From Octopus vulgaris (lineage: Eukaryota): a stretch of DNA of 64,000 bases. The number at the start of each line of letters is the position of its first letter. Position 1 is the first letter of the stretch. The notes beneath the pieces were generated by a model. It was given only the letters and a program-made list of their open reading frames with translations, did no database searches and was not told where the DNA came from. The DNA lies in contig CATOCA020000001.1 in assembly GCA_951406725.2 (NCBI GenBank), positions 1,798,001-1,862,000 on the forward strand. Direction: 5' to 3'. Positions 59,288 to 64,000 of this stretch are shown piece by piece. A program made the translations under genes and the position numbers.

Positions 59288-59507
59288 CCATTTAGTGTTT
59301 AAACCGGCCATATCCGGCCCAAATATTCTATATGTTTTATATCCAAACTGGCAATATTAAGCCTCTCATACCAAACCTAAATTGACATTCTAAAAATAAA
59401 CAATCGCACCATTGAAACCTCAAAGATATAAGATAATGCATGATTAATTCAAAACAATTTGAATAAAAAAATATTACATTTAACAGAGTAATCTGAACAC
59501 TAAAGGA
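59288..59507. mobile_element. Degenerate MITE
   Basis: Residual TIRs tttagtgtt / aacactaaa. Confidence 0.5.
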
Positions 59508-59677
59508 TTCAACAATATTTAGATCCAAAACAAACATTTGATTGATCTTCGTAAATGTCCTCTATTAAGACATCTTACATAATCTAACAATGTTGCAATT
59601 ATATCACTTAATTATCACTTAATTACAGTTTCTCTCTAAGTTTTGTTTACTTTGCTTATATCTGTGCCAAATCATGT

Positions 59678-59990
59678 GAAGGCGCATGGCTCAGTGGTTA
59701 GAGCGTTGAGCTTATGATTGTGAGGTTGTGAGTTCGAATCCCGGACCGGGCTGCGTGTTGTGTTCTTGAGCAAGATACTTTATTTCACGTTGCTCCAGTT
59801 CACTCAGCTGTAACAAAAGCTAGGGCCAAGCTGTATCGGCCCCTTTGCCCTCCCCATGGATAACACTGGTGGCGTGGAGAGGGGAAGCCTGGGCGACTGC
59901 TGGTCTTCCATAATCAACTTTGTCCCGACTTGTGTCTGGGAGAGTAACTTTCTAGGTTCAATCTCATGGACAGTCATGACTGAAGGGGTC
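59678..59990 (+). mobile_element. tRNA-derived SINE; a partial second copy lies at 56345-56580
   Basis: A box tggctcagtgg and B box gttcgaatcc. Body shared with 56345-56580. Confidence 0.85.
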
Positions 59991-60260
59991 GCTCTCTTTC
60001 CGTATGCCAAATCTATTACATGGCATTGTTCTCAAGACTAATCTTCACTAACAATCTGCTTAATTCCAATGTCAGACAAGTTATTCATCAAAGATCTAGT
60101 AACAAACAAATGTCACAACCACTTCAAGAAGGATAAACATACACCTAATCCCTTTGTTAAACATTGTTGCTGATAGTATTTAATTTTACATTTTATTCTA
60201 CACAATAAGGGCAATGAGACAAGCAGGACAAACAGACAGATCATCAAAGAGCATTCTTAC

Positions 60261-60400
60261 CAACTCGACTTCTGCTTGTTACAAGTTTTAAACGACTCAG
60301 ACATCGTTTCAGTGGAACGTTTGAACATTCTTCACATGTCACAAGGTGTCCACAGGGATGAACTTTTGTTGTGGCCGCTTTATTTCTGCACCACAATCAT
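60261..60400 (-). pseudogene. Ankyrin-RING-Death gene, RING exon (disabled)
   Basis: cacAG|...|GTAAGA. Reads Q*LWCRNKAATTKVHPCGHLVTCEECSNVPLKRCLSRLK: the first Cys codon is TGA and the last Cys is Arg. Confidence 0.85.
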
Positions 60401-60835
60401 CTGTGCAACGAAATACAAACATATCTAATCAATAACATTCATTTATAAGAAATATGACATTGCGTACGTGTTTACAGAAGAGAATATTATGAGACACTTC
60501 AGTGACAATCAAGAGCACATCAGAAATTCTTTAAACCATTACATATTGGCAGATTTGTGTGTAGCTAAATAGTCCATGCACACACACACACACACACATA
60601 CATAAAATGTGGGGTGCCAGTGAGGTACCTCTGTCAATAGAACCCATTATGTGAATGTAATTGAAACAGTGTTCTTTCTTTGACCACCCAACAACTATAA
60701 TTGTTGTTTTGTGCTACCTTTCATCAAAACACTAGCAACAGTTTTATTTATTGTTAGAATTTAAACGAAACACACATATAAACATGATTATTATATACAA
60801 AATAGTTTATCTTGTCATTGCCAGGAAATACTTAC

Positions 60836-60968
60836 TGTGGCGGTAAAAATGTTTGTAATTTTGTTTTCAAATTTGGGTTTTTAATGAGGTCCAATGACTG
60901 GCGAGATATCTGGTAACCACAAGGCCAGAGAACCTTTCGTCTTTTCTCAAGCTGAGCTCAGTGCAGCA
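60836..60968 (-). pseudogene. Ankyrin-RING-Death gene, last ankyrin exon (frameshifted)
   Basis: ttgtAG|CCTELSLRKDERFSGLVVTRYLAS / LDLIKNPNLKTKLQTFLPP|GTAAGT, with an apparent internal deletion. Confidence 0.75.
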
Positions 60969-61084
60969 CTACAAATGATGAAATATAAAATGATAACAAT
61001 ATTACACAAATATTCATAACAGATGCCTCTAATTACAGAACAGATCATATAAATCTAGTCATAGTTTGTTTATCCAGTAATTAA

Positions 61085-61291
61085 CCCTTTCGTTACCAAC
61101 CCAGCTCAGGCTCTGTAGTACAAATGTCTTGTTTTCAAAAGTTCTGAATTAAAATCTTCCACCAAACCTTAGTCACAATTTATGTTCCTAACACTAGCTG
61201 AATGATAAGTTATTTTACTAAATTCTTTGTTATATTTAAAATAATTGAAAGAAACACAGAGCATCTCAAAATATATACAGTAACGAAAGGG
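61085..61291. mobile_element. piggyBac-type MITE
   Basis: Perfect TIRs CCCTTTCGTTAC / GTAACGAAAGGG flanked by TTAA on both sides. Confidence 0.9.
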
Positions 61292-61739
61292 TTAAACCAA
61301 TTATAAAATATTAACTACCTCCATCATCTCTAATTCAGATCATTTCCCATTCTCATTCGTTTTTGACTTTATTTTCGACATTAATTTACGAAGCCCATTA
61401 TTGTTGCGTTTGTCAATATGTCTAAATGTAGAAAAATGGTGAAATATTCTTTTTGAAAATCTATTAACGGCTTTTTAAAACATAACTTGCTCGCTTTCTC
61501 CTTACATCATATACTACTAACGTACGCGGTAATCACATTCTGTTAAAGTGGTTTATTGATGTGTTTTGTTCCTTTCCTTCCCTGATGAGATGATTGCATT
61601 GTTTTACATAATTTTTTATTCTCTCTGGAAGAATCTCAATACTTTTCTCGAAATATATGTTGGAAGTATAGATGGTTTAAATAGCATGTGTTTGACTCCA
61701 TGTCTTAATTCATCTTTTTCTTTCTCTGTCTCTATATAA

Positions 61740-61809
<70 letters not shown>

Positions 61810-62479
61810 TGAGTCTAGTACATTAACACCAACATCAAATGAAAATTGAATGGAAATTGTAGTTAAGACACACGTAAAAGCACCAACCAATTGTGGCTGT
61901 TAACCAGTCTCCTCTGGCCCCTGTGCTGGTGGCACGTAAAAAGCACCCACTACACTCACGGAGTGGTTGGCGTTAGGAAGGGCATCCAGCTGTAGAAACT
62001 CTGCCAGATCAGACTGGTGCCTGGTGCAGCGTCCTGGCTTCGTAGACCCCGGTCGAACTGTCAAACTCATGCTAGCAGGGAAAACGGATGTTAAATGATG
62101 ATGATGATGATATGTATGTATATATATGTATATATATATATATATGATATGAGAAAATATGGAAGAAAGAAAAATGGAATTCATGAGACTCTTCATTCCA
62201 TATTCTTTTTCTCATATTTCATAAAAATCTACGGACACGAAGTAAATCCAATGGTATTTAAATCTGTACTGTTGATGACATCAGATAGCCGAATACGGTG
62301 AACAGGCTTTAACCAGCATACTAGAAGGTGTATACCTAAACTTAAAATCATTACCTTCATGTGTGTGTGTGTGTGTACCTAACTGTACATACAAAACTTA
62401 AATACAGGAAAACTCACTAAGGACCATGCTTCATTGTATCCATTCTCTAGTGTCCTAACGTTGAACATTCTTATGACAT

Positions 62480-62995
62480 TATTTACATTTGATGGATGTC
62501 CTTATCTTGTTTGTTGTTAACACGACGTTTCAGCTGATATACCCTCCAGCCTTTATCAATTGTCTTGGGGGAAATTTCGAACCTGGGTTCTCATTCCTAA
62601 GTATTTTTCGATGCTATTATTATTATTATTATCCAGGTCACACCCTGGAATCGAACTCAGAATCTTGGGATTAGTAGCCCCGCTCTTAACCACTATGCCA
62701 TATGCCCACATGCATATGGTGTAGTGGTTAAATTATTTACAATTGACGGATATTTGTCCTCATCTTGTTGTTTCGGCTGATATACCCTCCGGCCTTCATC
62801 GGGTGTCTTGGGGAAATTTCGAACCTGGGTCCTCATTCCTAAGGTATTTTCGATATTATTATTATTATTCAGGTCACTGCCTGGAATTGAACTTGGAATC
62901 TTGGGGGCTAGTAGCCTGCGCTCTTAACCCACTATGCCATATGCGTGTCAAATGTAAATAATGTACGTAATTCCTCATCTCTTAAATATAGAATT
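62480..62995 (-). repeat. Two tandem ~250-bp units, each with a tRNA-like segment and a hammerhead-like motif
   Basis: Units at 62480-62731 and 62735-62995 are colinear. Confidence 0.75.
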
Positions 62996-63444
62996 GTTAT
63001 ATGTCTACAAGAAGTCAGTGGATACATGTCATGTACAAGAAGTAGGATAGAGAGCAGTTTCACTCAGAATTCTTCATAGAATGGACTGGATGTATTTACC
63101 ATGGCACCAGCACTATAAAGCTCAGACATCTCTTCTATCCTGCATCATTGTTAATTGAGAATTATATCTCCTCTATTAAATAGGCCACTTCTCCGTCACA
63201 TTGTGATGGCTGTGTTTATATGGCCAACAGCCGAGATGGGTCACCTCTCGACCGTGGTGAGACATCTTTGAGAGTGAAAGGAGATGGAATATTGTTTGTT
63301 ACATAATATCACTCGGGTCATAAGGGGAGACTGGATCACGGAATGGTAATGGAGGATGGGGTTGATAGGGGAGAATTGATACATGACAAGCAAAACTTGT
63401 CTGTCTTTCTGTCTCTCTCTCACAAACACACACAGATATATATG

Positions 63445-63482
<38 letters not shown>

Positions 63483-63502
63483 CAAACAATTGTAAAATTT
63501 AT

Positions 63503-63675
63503 CTCATCTAAAATATCCATGGGTGTACCCTCGGAATTAATCATCTCTTTTCATAGCAAGGTGCAAACAGTTATTGCTTTCACCATCAACAGCATTTCGC
63601 GAGGTGGCCCCTGGAAACGGCTTCAAGCACTAGTGTCATTTTCTGATTGTTCTTCAATTCTGATTTCACTGAACC
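63503..63675 (-). pseudogene. Ankyrin-RING-Death gene, ankyrin exon (disabled)
   Basis: ccccacaaAG|GSVKSELKNNQKMTLVLEAVSRGHLA / NAVDGESNNCLHLAMKRD / NSEGTPMDILDE. Two frameshifts, and the donor reads AT instead of GT. Confidence 0.78.
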
Positions 63676-64000
63676 CTTTGTGGGGGTAAAAATAGAAAAT
63701 GAAAATTTACATGAAAATCCAGGTGAATATCAATGTGTCGTTATTATCTTCTACTGGGTACTTGATCAAACTGATCAGATACATTTTCTGTCAGTCAATA
63801 AAGTTAACCTTCATGATGTCTTCTATAATTTGCACTGTGTATGTGTTAGATACATGATAAAGGCTTCATAAACAAATTGCTTCAGCCTAACCTACCTTTA
63901 TCCCTTACTATGGTAAGGCAGCTTCAGGGGTAGCTTCTGTAAATATGCTAAGCACTGATGCTGGTCATAATTCAATCAATAAACACAGGAGCAAGTAAAA

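Noticed and set aside
59678-59755. tRNA gene (also 48780-48850 and 41550-41620)
   Set aside because: A/B boxes are present but continue into SINE bodies, one with a TSD; there is no convincing cloverleaf.

Overview
AT-rich, microsatellite- and transposon-dense eukaryotic DNA. The SINE families, repeat style and gene families suggest an octopus or other cephalopod (inference). Three gene-like units are visible: (i) the last three coding exons of a + strand adhesion-type GPCR (478-550, 2602-2990, 6673-6725, ending in the PDZ-type motif ETNF*); (ii) a disabled ankyrin-RING-Death domain (MIB2-like) gene on the - strand (58541-63675); (iii) a possible degenerate peptide-GPCR first exon present twice. 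The dominant structure is a nested duplication: a giant inverted repeat (6612-19330 vs 28710-42365), a ~3.3-kb direct duplication reaching into its spacer (17965-21250 vs 21981-25300), and a second inverted repeat (40108-43105 vs 46872-49164). The GPCR terminal exon and an adjacent 28-bp minisatellite therefore occur three times, each with different insertions. The rest is TE debris (mariner, MULE, Helitrons, piggyBac-type MITEs, Penelope-like, R4/Dong, CR1-like, RTE, an ORF1-only LINE relic, tRNA-derived SINEs) plus several minimal hammerhead-ribozyme-like motifs. Identities were judged by eye, and TE boundaries are approximate unless a junction is quoted.
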